Shown here: piece after piece, positions 37,401 to 44,232 of the stretch | Numbering within the stretch: position 1 is the stretch's first letter | Layout: each line of letters opens with the position of its first letter | NCBI GenBank assembly: GCA_964512835.1 | Contig: CAZELA010000002.1 | Span: 171,037-217,099, forward strand | Direction of reading: 5' to 3' | Length of the DNA: 46,063 nt | Source of the DNA: an uncultured Candidatus Saccharibacteria bacterium | GTDB taxonomy: Bacteria > Patescibacteriota > Minisyncoccia > Phycocordibacterales > UBA2100 | Position numbers and translations under genes: made by a program | Notes under the pieces: generated by a model | Database searches by the model: none | What the model saw: only the letters and a program-made list of their open reading frames with translations | Told to the model about the DNA's origin: nothing

Positions 37401-37611
37401 CTTTCCGATCCCTAATGTGAGCCCGGAGAAAAAGGCCGCGATTGCTAAACTGGCCGCAAGAATATTGTTTGAAAAAAAGAAGAATATTGACGCTGATACG
37501 ACTGAACTGGAAAGCTGCATAGACGACCTGGTGTTAGACGCATTTGATCTGACCGAAAAGGAGCGGGCGCTGATTAGAAGTGAGGCGCTACCTACTGCAG
37601 CCGCGGAATAG
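34456..37611 (+). CDS. PglX/Eco57I-like gamma-class N6-adenine DNA methyltransferase with TaqI-like C-terminal specificity domain
   Basis: Motif X GSYYTPR, motif I ILDPACGSGAF (35773), FGVDIQP, motif IV VIGNPPYV (36427). C-terminal VKAGLQAYE...LDGRDVQRY...LLGVLNSKI...INELEGFPIP. The ATG overlaps the helicase TGA (ATGA at 34456-34459). Confidence 0.9.
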   Translation: MNLQAKYSEREFSEFVSSHLPDFRPTDSRVEVRRGFSSVKQIGESLKLDLVVFTVTPDATIHARIEISKQSYALLKNHPRAHALIAYHSPESDEWRLSLVTTQVSRDKNGVKETVSNPRRFSYVLGPKAKVNTPTKYLIAKGKIGDLNDLKERFSLEVVNKDFYAEISNLFTKLTGGTHTIGRAKKEYKAMIQLPSVPEGDQRNLEFTVRLIGRVIFCWFLREKKSAAGLSLMPRELLSQQAVSNQSDYYHSILEPIFFEVLNKHGKSRREQYATGPFATIPYLNGGLFSPSYDDYFSYNTDKQSIFHNTVIIPDEWLVEFISFLETYNFTIDENVSFDEELSIDPEMLGRIFENLLAEISPETGESARKRTGSYYTPRSIVDYMVDEALFSYLKSQTALPDEKLRAIISYDLDDDTEHPLSAEEYNKIVNSLSTIKILDPACGSGAFPIGALQKIVFILQQADPDGRQWFEKQIANTSPEIKRVIEREFANKNFNYIRKRGVIRENIFGVDIQPIATEISRLRCFLTLIVDESIHDELENRGVEPLPNLDFKFVTANTLVQLPGKTEQSLFKDQKRIDQLRDLRNQFFGSTNSERQQLQLDFKEIQNQMLNRMIELGGADEITRTLSTWNPFSHNATPWFDPEWMFGVRDFNVVIGNPPYVFARNSKSKGLSKEQKDFYYENFKLAKYQINLYALFLEKSTTLLDDKGVLSFIVPNNWLTINTNKDMREFILGFSNVVIVNFYARVFVSASVDSSVIVFSNGTHHHEVSLYEYDDDQKLQLIKKTDTSYFLKKTDAIINISALKNTEVGELVEKIESRAIPLNKLADVKAGLQAYEVGKGTPAITETMKDERVYHSAEKKDDSYYKYLDGRDVQRYSFGWSGDYLKYGNNLSAPRNFHLFSTPRILVRQIPSQPPYCIPACYTEETILNDRNSMNVVNIKDDPLFLLGVLNSKIITFWFIHKFGKLQRGIFPQFKINELEGFPIPNVSPEKKAAIAKLAARILFEKKKNIDADTTELESCIDDLVLDAFDLTEKERALIRSEALPTAAAE

Positions 37612-37753
37612 CCACTGACTCGATGTGAGTGGGTCATTGGGGTTAGACACGTCAAAAACGGCAAAGTCGTGGTGAAATAAGAAATTCAGCCGTCCAGGGC
37701 GGTCGGCTGGGGAGGTGATTTTGTATATTCAGCGGGTATGAGAATATGCGCAG

Positions 37754-38125
37754 ATGAAGAAAAATGCTCCGAAGGACACGATGGGGAGGTTGCAGGATTC
37801 GGTGGTGAAATTCCGCGATGCGCGCGACTGGAAGCAGTTTCATAATCCGAAGGACACGAGCCTGTCGCTCGTCCTCGAGGCGGCGGAGCTGATGGAGCAT
37901 TTTCAGTGGAAGAATCCCGAGGAGATCGAGGCGTATTTAAAGACCAACAAGGACGACGTCGCCGAGGAACTGGCCGACGTGCTCTACTGGGTGCTCCTGA
38001 TCGGCCACGATCTGAATATCGACATCCCAAAGGCATTCAAAGCCAAGCTCAAGAAAAACGATGAAAAGTATCCTGTCGAGAAGTCCAAAGGACGACACAG
38101 CAAATATACCGAATACCAAAAGTAG
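37754..38125 (+). CDS. MazG-like nucleotide pyrophosphohydrolase (small all-alpha NTP-PPase)
   Basis: RDWKQFHNPKDTSLSLVLEAAELMEHFQW and EELADVLYWVLL motifs. Confidence 0.85.
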   Translation: MKKNAPKDTMGRLQDSVVKFRDARDWKQFHNPKDTSLSLVLEAAELMEHFQWKNPEEIEAYLKTNKDDVAEELADVLYWVLLIGHDLNIDIPKAFKAKLKKNDEKYPVEKSKGRHSKYTEYQK

Positions 38126-38128
38126 ATT

Positions 38129-38137
38129 TGCTACACT
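38129..38137 (+). promoter_or_regulatory. extended -10 (TGcTACACT) 6 nt before ATG 38144; leaderless candidate
   Basis: Read directly. Confidence 0.45.
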
Positions 38138-38143
38138 GCCGCG

Positions 38144-38650
38144 ATGACTGATGGCAATGTAGGGGAGTGGAAGGCGCCCAAGGGCACACGGATCGGGCAC
38201 ACGCATTTGACGGTGAGTGATCTGGATCGGTCGCTCGGGTTTTATCGCGACCTGCTCGGATTCCAGGTGATGCAGCGGTTCGGTGATTCTGCCGCGTTCA
38301 TCTCCGACGGCGAATACCATCACCACATCGGCCTCAACACCTGGGCAGGACAGGGTGCCACGCCCGCACCCAAAGGCCACACCGGTCTCTACCACCACGC
38401 CATCCTCTATCCCGACCGCAAATCCCTCGCCACCGTCCTCAAACGACTCGTCGATGCAAACTATCCGTTCACCGGGTTCTCGGATCATGGGGTGTCAGAA
38501 GCGATTTATCTCGACGATCCGGATGGTATCGGGGTCGAGCTCTACACTGATCGCCCGATGGAGCTGTGGGATCGAAATCCCGACGGCTCGCTCGCGATGA
38601 AGACCGATCCGCTCGATCTTGATTCGCTTTTGGCGGAGCTCAACGACTAA
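38144..38650 (+). CDS. VOC (glyoxalase/extradiol dioxygenase-like) family protein
   Basis: RIGHTHLTVSDLDRSLGFYRDLLGF, HHHIGLNTW, GVSEAIYLDDPDGIGVELY. Confidence 0.85.
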   Translation: MTDGNVGEWKAPKGTRIGHTHLTVSDLDRSLGFYRDLLGFQVMQRFGDSAAFISDGEYHHHIGLNTWAGQGATPAPKGHTGLYHHAILYPDRKSLATVLKRLVDANYPFTGFSDHGVSEAIYLDDPDGIGVELYTDRPMELWDRNPDGSLAMKTDPLDLDSLLAELND

Positions 38651-38692
38651 AAAAGGGTGCATTTTTACGGTGCATAACGCACTTGTAGGGGG

Positions 38693-39076
38693 ATGAAATT
38701 GGAGTTAAGGTACCGCGATATGTCACACGCAGTTGCGGAGCCGCCCCACAAATCCGGGGGTCATCACGGCCACACAGATCATCACCACAGCCATTCCGGC
38801 GGTCACCATGGCCGCGGTCAGCGCCACGCAATTTTCGACCATTTGCCGGTTCATCAGGTGCCGGAAGGCTTTACCGCCCCCGAGCCCATCGTCCACGACC
38901 CTCACGATGATCACCATCACCACCACGAGGATCATTCGGAACAGAATCAGCAGATCAAAGAGATCCTGGGGGATAGCCCGGATTTGATCGCGTACCGCAA
39001 ATTTGAGGCAGCGCTCGAGCGTACCGCCGCGCCCATTTGGGACCTGCTTGGTAAACTGGGCATACATGTCTACTAA
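38693..39076 (+). CDS. histidine-rich hypothetical protein
   Basis: His clusters HKSGGHHGHTDHHHSHSGGHHG and HDPHDDHHHHHEDH; start uncertain (38693 or 38720); overlaps the next gene by 11 nt. Confidence 0.5.
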   Translation: MKLELRYRDMSHAVAEPPHKSGGHHGHTDHHHSHSGGHHGRGQRHAIFDHLPVHQVPEGFTAPEPIVHDPHDDHHHHHEDHSEQNQQIKEILGDSPDLIAYRKFEAALERTAAPIWDLLGKLGIHVY

Positions 39077-39368
39077 AGGCGTCTACAAACTCTCGTCCAA
39101 GATCGTCGTGTTTCCCGGTATGGGGGCATGGCGATTTTTGCATGTGAACAAAAAAGTCTCCGACGAGATCAAGAAAAAATACGCACCCAAGGCGGTGGGA
39201 TTCGGTTCCATTCGCGTGCATGTGCAGGTGGGAAAAACGAAGTGGGACACATCAATATTTCCCGACAAAAAATCAGGCACGTATCTGTTGCCCACCAAAG
39301 CATCGGTCCGCAAAGCGGAGGGTATCGTGGACGACGAGCCTGTCTCGTTTACGATTGCGATCGCATAA
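39066..39368 (+). CDS. DUF1905 domain protein
   Basis: About 100 aa; GAWRFLHV...GSIRVHVQVGKTKWDTSIFP...GTYLLP.K..VRK pattern. Confidence 0.78.
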   Translation: MSTKGVYKLSSKIVVFPGMGAWRFLHVNKKVSDEIKKKYAPKAVGFGSIRVHVQVGKTKWDTSIFPDKKSGTYLLPTKASVRKAEGIVDDEPVSFTIAIA

Positions 39369-39374
39369 AAAGAT

Positions 39375-39408
39375 ACAGCCGCTCGGGGAAACCCGAGCGG
39401 CTGTTTTG
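39375..39408. terminator. terminator hairpin between convergent genes
   Basis: ACAGCCGCTCGGG-GAAA-CCCGAGCGGCTGT then TTTG. Confidence 0.8.
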
Positions 39409-39424
39409 TCGCAGAGAACTATGA

Positions 39425-40045
39425 TCAGGCTGCGCTGTCGCGTGCATCGAGTGTCTTGCGGCGCTTTTCGAGCTGACCGATGAGATACTCGCGGATCTGC
39501 GCCGGTGTCGCGGTGACTTTCATCGTAACCGCGATACGCGTGCTCGGGTCGCCCTGATACCGCGAGAAGAACGCCGCCTTGTGTCCGCTGTTGCGGAACA
39601 CACACAGCGGCACATCCGACTTGTCGCCGTTGGTCTTTCGGATCGTGGCGATCGCGTCGTGGTGCTCGCCGTCATCCATGCGAATGCCGACGACCCAGTC
39701 CGGATACTCGGCGCCGGGTTCGTGGACAGCGCGCTCAAAGTGGGCGCACACGCCTTCGGCGAATTGCGTCGCCGGCAGCGTCACGCCTTTCTGCTTGAGC
39801 ATGGCGCGGACGACTTCGCGACGGTCTTCAGACAGGCTGACCGAGCCGTCGTCTTTCACGCGGATCACCATCAGTACGTATTCCTGATGCGTTTGCATAC
39901 AGCCGTAGCAGATCTCGAAGATGCGGCTCTGATCCATCGGCAAATATTGCCGCGGCTTCGGAAACGCAAACGACGGGATGTCGCTGTACTGGCGCATGAA
40001 TGCACGGGCGGCGGCGGTCGCGTCTTTGGTCTTGAGCTGTGTCAT
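39425..40045 (-). CDS. hypothetical protein
   Basis: 206 aa. The ORF track starts at TTG 40048; ATG at 40045 has ACGGAG 8 nt upstream. No family recognised. Confidence 0.62.
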   Translation of the reverse strand: MTQLKTKDATAAARAFMRQYSDIPSFAFPKPRQYLPMDQSRIFEICYGCMQTHQEYVLMVIRVKDDGSVSLSEDRREVVRAMLKQKGVTLPATQFAEGVCAHFERAVHEPGAEYPDWVVGIRMDDGEHHDAIATIRKTNGDKSDVPLCVFRNSGHKAAFFSRYQGDPSTRIAVTMKVTATPAQIREYLIGQLEKRRKTLDARDSAA

Positions 40046-40160
40046 CAACAGTACTCCGTAGCGGGGTGGTTAGTCCCTGGGGTAGAACCATGCACGTTGT
40101 AGTCCAGACCATGTATACGCTCTATCGGCAAGTGCGTCAACAAAACGATATACTTTGTTC

Positions 40161-41225
40161 ATGAACGCGCGTGTGATCAGCTGTTCGATCATTGTTCTCA
40201 TTGCGCTTATTCCGCTATTCACGTTTGCGCAAAACGGCAGCGTGCCTGCCGACGGCACAGCACCCGCGGATCAATCGACCGGCACAGCGCCCGCTGATAC
40301 GGGTGCTACCGGTGGCTCTGCGCCTGCTGCATCTGCACCTGCGGCGAGCACAGAGCCCGCACAGGTGCCTTCTGCCGGTGCCGCTACTCCAAGTGCATCG
40401 TCGGGTGCAGCGCAAGCACCTGCGCCGCGAAGCACGGGTGCACCAATCCAGGCGCCGCCTCCTGCGGTTGCAAACACGAATCCTGTGCCGGAGCAGTCGG
40501 CTCCTGCCACGGCGAGCACCGCCACTCCACATACAATCGAGGGATATGGCGCGTATCTCTGGGCGATCGTCGCCGGACTTGTGCTCGCGATCATTCCGTT
40601 CGGGTTTTTGATCGCAGCATGGATGCGAAAAAAACAGCCCGCGCTCACCCCGGAGCAAGAAACACACAACCGATGTTTTGATATCGAGAACCTCATGAAA
40701 GACAAGCTTCGCGAACTGACCGACCTCAAAGCAATGGCAAAAGAAAAAACGGTCGAGATGGGCAAGGAGCTCATGCGCGATCTTGTGACCGGGACCAAAA
40801 CGGGGGATCTGCTCGTGCGTATCGAAAAGGCGGAAGAGCAGTACAAGAAACTCAAAAAGCTATTCGAGGAATGCCAGATCGATATCGACCGCTACGCGTA
40901 CAAGGGGGTGCTCATCGAGAACTCGCTCCTCAGCACCGATATTCTCAAGGAGGTCCGCGTGATCCGCACGCGCGAAGCGGGCGGCTGGACGCTCCACGAT
41001 ATCCGTCTGAGCAAACAGCAGATCGAGGCGATCCAACAGAATATCGTGGATACGAAATGGTTCTTTCATCTGTGGGAGCCGGGCAAAGACGACGTAAAGG
41101 TGGTGTTTAAAGACGCGCTGTTTGATATCAAGCATTCCGATCGCGCTACCTGGCAAGAGGCGATCAAGCACGGGCTCACGCGCGGCATTCCAAAAGAACA
41201 GCTTGTGTTCGATATCGTGCAGTAA
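40161..41225 (+). CDS. hypothetical membrane protein with an Ala/Pro-rich low-complexity ectodomain
   Basis: Signal/TM MNARVISCSIIVLIALIPLFTFAQ, a second TM LWAIVAGLVLAIIPFGFLIAAW and a coiled C-terminal domain. TATACT 6 nt before ATG 40161 (the track starts at TTG 40155). Confidence 0.68.
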   Translation: MNARVISCSIIVLIALIPLFTFAQNGSVPADGTAPADQSTGTAPADTGATGGSAPAASAPAASTEPAQVPSAGAATPSASSGAAQAPAPRSTGAPIQAPPPAVANTNPVPEQSAPATASTATPHTIEGYGAYLWAIVAGLVLAIIPFGFLIAAWMRKKQPALTPEQETHNRCFDIENLMKDKLRELTDLKAMAKEKTVEMGKELMRDLVTGTKTGDLLVRIEKAEEQYKKLKKLFEECQIDIDRYAYKGVLIENSLLSTDILKEVRVIRTREAGGWTLHDIRLSKQQIEAIQQNIVDTKWFFHLWEPGKDDVKVVFKDALFDIKHSDRATWQEAIKHGLTRGIPKEQLVFDIVQ

Positions 41226-41272
41226 TTCAGCCGCCTCCACGATCGTGGGGCGGCTGGTATGAAATACTCCCA

Positions 41273-41785
41273 TTACAGTGTCGCGATCATCTGCATCAGT
41301 TCGCTCATCGGGAGCGCCGGTGAGTAATTGAATGCAGCACGACTACGCTCTACCAGGTCCACGACTTCGCGTTCGCCGTTGGTCGGTTTGTTCTCGCCGA
41401 GCGCACGCAGACGGTTTTCGTCGTAGACGCGCGGACGCCGGTCGTGTGCATCGAGCAATAATCGAATTTGCTCGAACACATGGCCCTGCGTCATGTCGAT
41501 CCGCGCACCCAATACCGGTATCTGCATACCGCAGTGGGTTGTTACGTACGATGTTCGCGCATCCGCGCCGCACTTGAAGTTCACGGGAATCCGCCGAGGC
41601 GCCGTGGCATTCGAGCCGCGGTAGTGCACCACAAACCCGTCGATGCCGCGCACATCCATGATGGGTGTCGCCTGTTCCATGCGCACGTACCCGCGCGGGG
41701 CGCGTGTTCGTGCGGCAGGCAATTGATTGGCCAGATAAAAGAATTTCGATTCCGAAAGAAAGCCGCGCGCCCGTTGGGCGGACAT
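41273..41785 (-). CDS. hypothetical protein
   Basis: Start set at ATG 41785, with GAGGAGA 7 nt upstream. The longer ORF to 42109 would overlap the divergent small gene. Confidence 0.58.
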   Translation of the reverse strand: MSAQRARGFLSESKFFYLANQLPAARTRAPRGYVRMEQATPIMDVRGIDGFVVHYRGSNATAPRRIPVNFKCGADARTSYVTTHCGMQIPVLGARIDMTQGHVFEQIRLLLDAHDRRPRVYDENRLRALGENKPTNGEREVVDLVERSRAAFNYSPALPMSELMQMIATL

Positions 41786-41874
41786 CGTGGTGTCTCCTCG
41801 CATGACGAGCCTCCGATCTGTGCTCACGTATGGGACTTCATTCTGTGTACGCCTCATCAAAAGACGCGTCAAGC

Positions 41875-41883
41875 TGCTACACT
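41875..41883 (+). promoter_or_regulatory. extended -10 (TGcTACACT) 6 nt before ATG 41890; leaderless candidate
   Basis: Read directly. Confidence 0.45.
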
Positions 41884-41889
41884 GCGTAT

Positions 41890-42102
41890 ATGAAACGGAA
41901 CAAGGGCTACGTGGGTATGCTGCTGCTCCTTTTGATCGGCATCGGTATCGCGCTCTATTTTTATATGCAGGAGTCTCCGCTTGGTACGGGTGCAACCGAT
42001 CAGGGTGTAATGAACGCACTCGATGCCAAAAAGCGCGCCGAACAGGTAAAAGGTATGGCAGATCATCGCGAAGGCGAATACGAGGAGATAATGGGGCAGT
42101 AA
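41890..42102 (+). CDS. small hypothetical membrane protein
   Basis: 70 aa; MKRNKGYVGMLLLLLIGIGIALYFYM TM followed by a charged tail. Confidence 0.5.
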   Translation: MKRNKGYVGMLLLLLIGIGIALYFYMQESPLGTGATDQGVMNALDAKKRAEQVKGMADHREGEYEEIMGQ

Positions 42103-42146
42103 CAGGCATCCGGTTCCGCCCGGATGAAGTAAGGTAGAGTAAATCT

Positions 42147-43187
42147 ATGCGTCAGAGTGAGGTGAGGATGAAGCAGATAGCAGTGTTGTTCGCGGTATTG
42201 CTGGCGGTTCCGTTTGGGGCCGCGGCGCAGGAGAACGATGCCGATTGGTTTTCGTATTGGGGGCGTAATTCGCAATACGCATCCCAAATCCAAGCGCTCG
42301 GCGACACTGCGGTGCAGAGTATTCCCATCCCGGTCTTGTTAGGGGTAGAAGTCAATCAGCTCACACGCAATTTCGGTGATGCTCGCGGCGGCGGAACACG
42401 CACCCACGAAGGACTCGACATCATGGCACCAGGCGGCACACCTGTCGTTTCGCCGACCGATGCGGTTGTGCTCGCAACCGGCGACGGCCCGGACTCGGGA
42501 TTATTTGTGCGCACCGCAAATCCCGGCGGCGAACAATTTGTATATATGCATTTGCGCGAGATCGCGAAATCGATCCTGACCGGCGCCACGGTTCATCGCG
42601 GTGATGTACTTGGCTTTGTGGGGAACACGGGCAATGCCTCCGGCGGCGCACCACATTTGCACTTCGAGATCCGCAAGAACGGTGCGACCGACCCGTATCC
42701 GCGCCTGACACAATCATTTTCGCTCCAGGAGCGGATGCAGAGCGTGCAGCAGGCGCTCGAGCGTGTTGCAGATCCTGTCGCGCTTGCGGGCACACTCGCC
42801 GAGAACTTCCGCTCCACATTTACAGCCGCACAGTCTCAGGGGGTTTCGGTTGCACAGTCGATCATCAGCACGCTCGGAAGTGCACTTACTATCGGCGTGC
42901 ACAGTGCCTCCGCGCAAACGAGCGCCACCATGCCGAACACCACCAATGTGTTCACCCGCGATCTCGAAGTCGGCATGAAAGGCGAAGACGTGCGCACGCT
43001 GCAAAAATATCTCAACGCCAACGGCTACCTGCTTACAACGATCGGCGACGGTGCACCCGGCTACGAAACACTGATGTTCGGCAATCTCACCAAAAAGGCA
43101 CTCGCGACATTCCAGCGCGCAAAAGGTATTTCACCCGCAGCGGGGTACTTCGGGCCGAAAACCCGCGCATACATCTCGTCGCATTAA
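42147..43187 (+). CDS. M23 family metallopeptidase with C-terminal PG-binding domain
   Basis: HEGLDI (HxxxD), GNTGNASGGAPHLHFEI (HxH), C-terminal GEDVRTLQKYLNANGY...ALATFQ. TAGAGT 6 nt before ATG 42147; alternative SD-led ATG 42168. Confidence 0.9.
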   Translation: MRQSEVRMKQIAVLFAVLLAVPFGAAAQENDADWFSYWGRNSQYASQIQALGDTAVQSIPIPVLLGVEVNQLTRNFGDARGGGTRTHEGLDIMAPGGTPVVSPTDAVVLATGDGPDSGLFVRTANPGGEQFVYMHLREIAKSILTGATVHRGDVLGFVGNTGNASGGAPHLHFEIRKNGATDPYPRLTQSFSLQERMQSVQQALERVADPVALAGTLAENFRSTFTAAQSQGVSVAQSIISTLGSALTIGVHSASAQTSATMPNTTNVFTRDLEVGMKGEDVRTLQKYLNANGYLLTTIGDGAPGYETLMFGNLTKKALATFQRAKGISPAAGYFGPKTRAYISSH

Positions 43188-43221
43188 TGCATATTAGTGC
43201 GCGTTCGGTTACACTGGCGCG

Positions 43222-43941
43222 ATGTCGAATTTGCTCGGAGACGTGGGTGCCGATATCCGCCGTTCATCGATCATCTCGCACGCGGAGTTGTTGATGCGCG
43301 AGCAACAGGGTATTCAAAAGAACATGAATTTTCGGGATGACGGCATACGGCCGTCGGTGTTCCTTATTTCCGATCGCGGCGAAGAGTCGTTCTCGGATGA
43401 GTGGCACGAAGCCGAACAGGTCCTGATTTATGAGGGTCACGACAAAACCGCCGCCGGATCGAATAAAAAGGCGGTCGACCAGGAGCTCATGCACGAAAGC
43501 GGGCACTTGAGCGACAACGGCAAGTTCTACAAGGCCGCACAAAACTACAAAGACGGTGTCCGCTCGTTTCCGCTGCAAATTCAGGTGTACGAACGGCTGG
43601 ATGCGGGTGTGTGGTACGACAAGGGACTATTCAATCTCATTGACGCCATGCGGCACATGCACAATAAGCGCCGCACGTTCAAATTTGTACTCGCTCCGGC
43701 CGACGGCGCGATCCCGGCCGACGGCACCGACATCTATCGCACCGAGCGCGTTATTCCGACCAAGATCAAAGAGGCAGTGTGGCTGCGTGATCGCGGTCGC
43801 TGCGGCTATTGCGGCACCGAGAACGCACTCTGCTTTCATCTGATTCAAAGCCCGAAAGACGGCGGTTCGCTTGATGACGAATCCAACATTCAACTGCGGT
43901 GCTCTATGCATAGCCTCGGCAGACGCACCGGCTTTTTATAA
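43222..43941 (+). CDS. SRA/PUA-like reader domain fused to HNH endonuclease (type IV restriction-like)
   Basis: HNH: CGYCG (CxxC)...FHLI...GG...SNIQLRCSMH (CxxH). N-terminus: VLIYEGHD...VDQEL...FPLQIQVYE...VWYDKGLFNLI...TFKFVLAP resembles the YDG/SRA pattern. Confidence 0.7.
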   Translation: MSNLLGDVGADIRRSSIISHAELLMREQQGIQKNMNFRDDGIRPSVFLISDRGEESFSDEWHEAEQVLIYEGHDKTAAGSNKKAVDQELMHESGHLSDNGKFYKAAQNYKDGVRSFPLQIQVYERLDAGVWYDKGLFNLIDAMRHMHNKRRTFKFVLAPADGAIPADGTDIYRTERVIPTKIKEAVWLRDRGRCGYCGTENALCFHLIQSPKDGGSLDDESNIQLRCSMHSLGRRTGFL

Positions 43942-43958
43942 AAAGAATTACGTTTGCG

Positions 43959-43967
43959 TGGTAAAGT
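43959..43967 (+). promoter_or_regulatory. extended -10 (TGgTAAAGT) 6 nt before ATG 43974; leaderless candidate
   Basis: Read directly. Confidence 0.45.
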
Positions 43968-43973
43968 GACTGT

Positions 43974-44180
43974 ATGACAGTGACGCTGACGATGCCGGAT
44001 CTCTGGGAAGCCTGCCGGCGCGAAGCAGTAGATAAGATCGGGTCGTTCAATAATCGCGCGATGCAGCAGGCGATTGTGTGGTATCGCGAACGCGGCGGCG
44101 AGTACGTCCCCAAAACGCCCGCGCAGATTGCCGAAGAGCGCCCGAGCAATATCCGATCAAAGCGGCGCAAGGACGAGTAG
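43974..44180 (+). CDS. small hypothetical protein
   Basis: 68 aa with a basic C-terminus; -10 abuts the start; family not identified. Confidence 0.5.
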   Translation: MTVTLTMPDLWEACRREAVDKIGSFNNRAMQQAIVWYRERGGEYVPKTPAQIAEERPSNIRSKRRKDE

Positions 44181-44232
44181 CCGGGTGCGGATTCCGTACA
44201 GAGGCGCTATACTAACGGCACCAATTTCAGCT

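Noticed and set aside
30534-37709. Similar hairpins at both island edges (AAGCCGCCCGAAAGGGCGGCTT at 30534 versus CAGCCGTCCAGGGCGGTCGGCTG at 37687) as possible att repeats
   Set aside because: Only short interrupted identity is shared (AGCCG.CC and AGGGCGG). Both could simply be GC hairpins, and no integrase is present.
30566-38125. Calling the island a BREX or DISARM system
   Set aside because: PglZ, BrxC, BrxA/B/L and DrmA/DrmB (DUF1998) are not present anywhere in the window. Only domain-level resemblance exists, so it is reported as an unclassified module.
41786-42109. Upstream 108 codons of the 278-aa minus ORF
   Set aside because: They would overlap the divergent small membrane gene (41890-42102). 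A strong GAGGAGA SD precedes the internal ATG at 41785.
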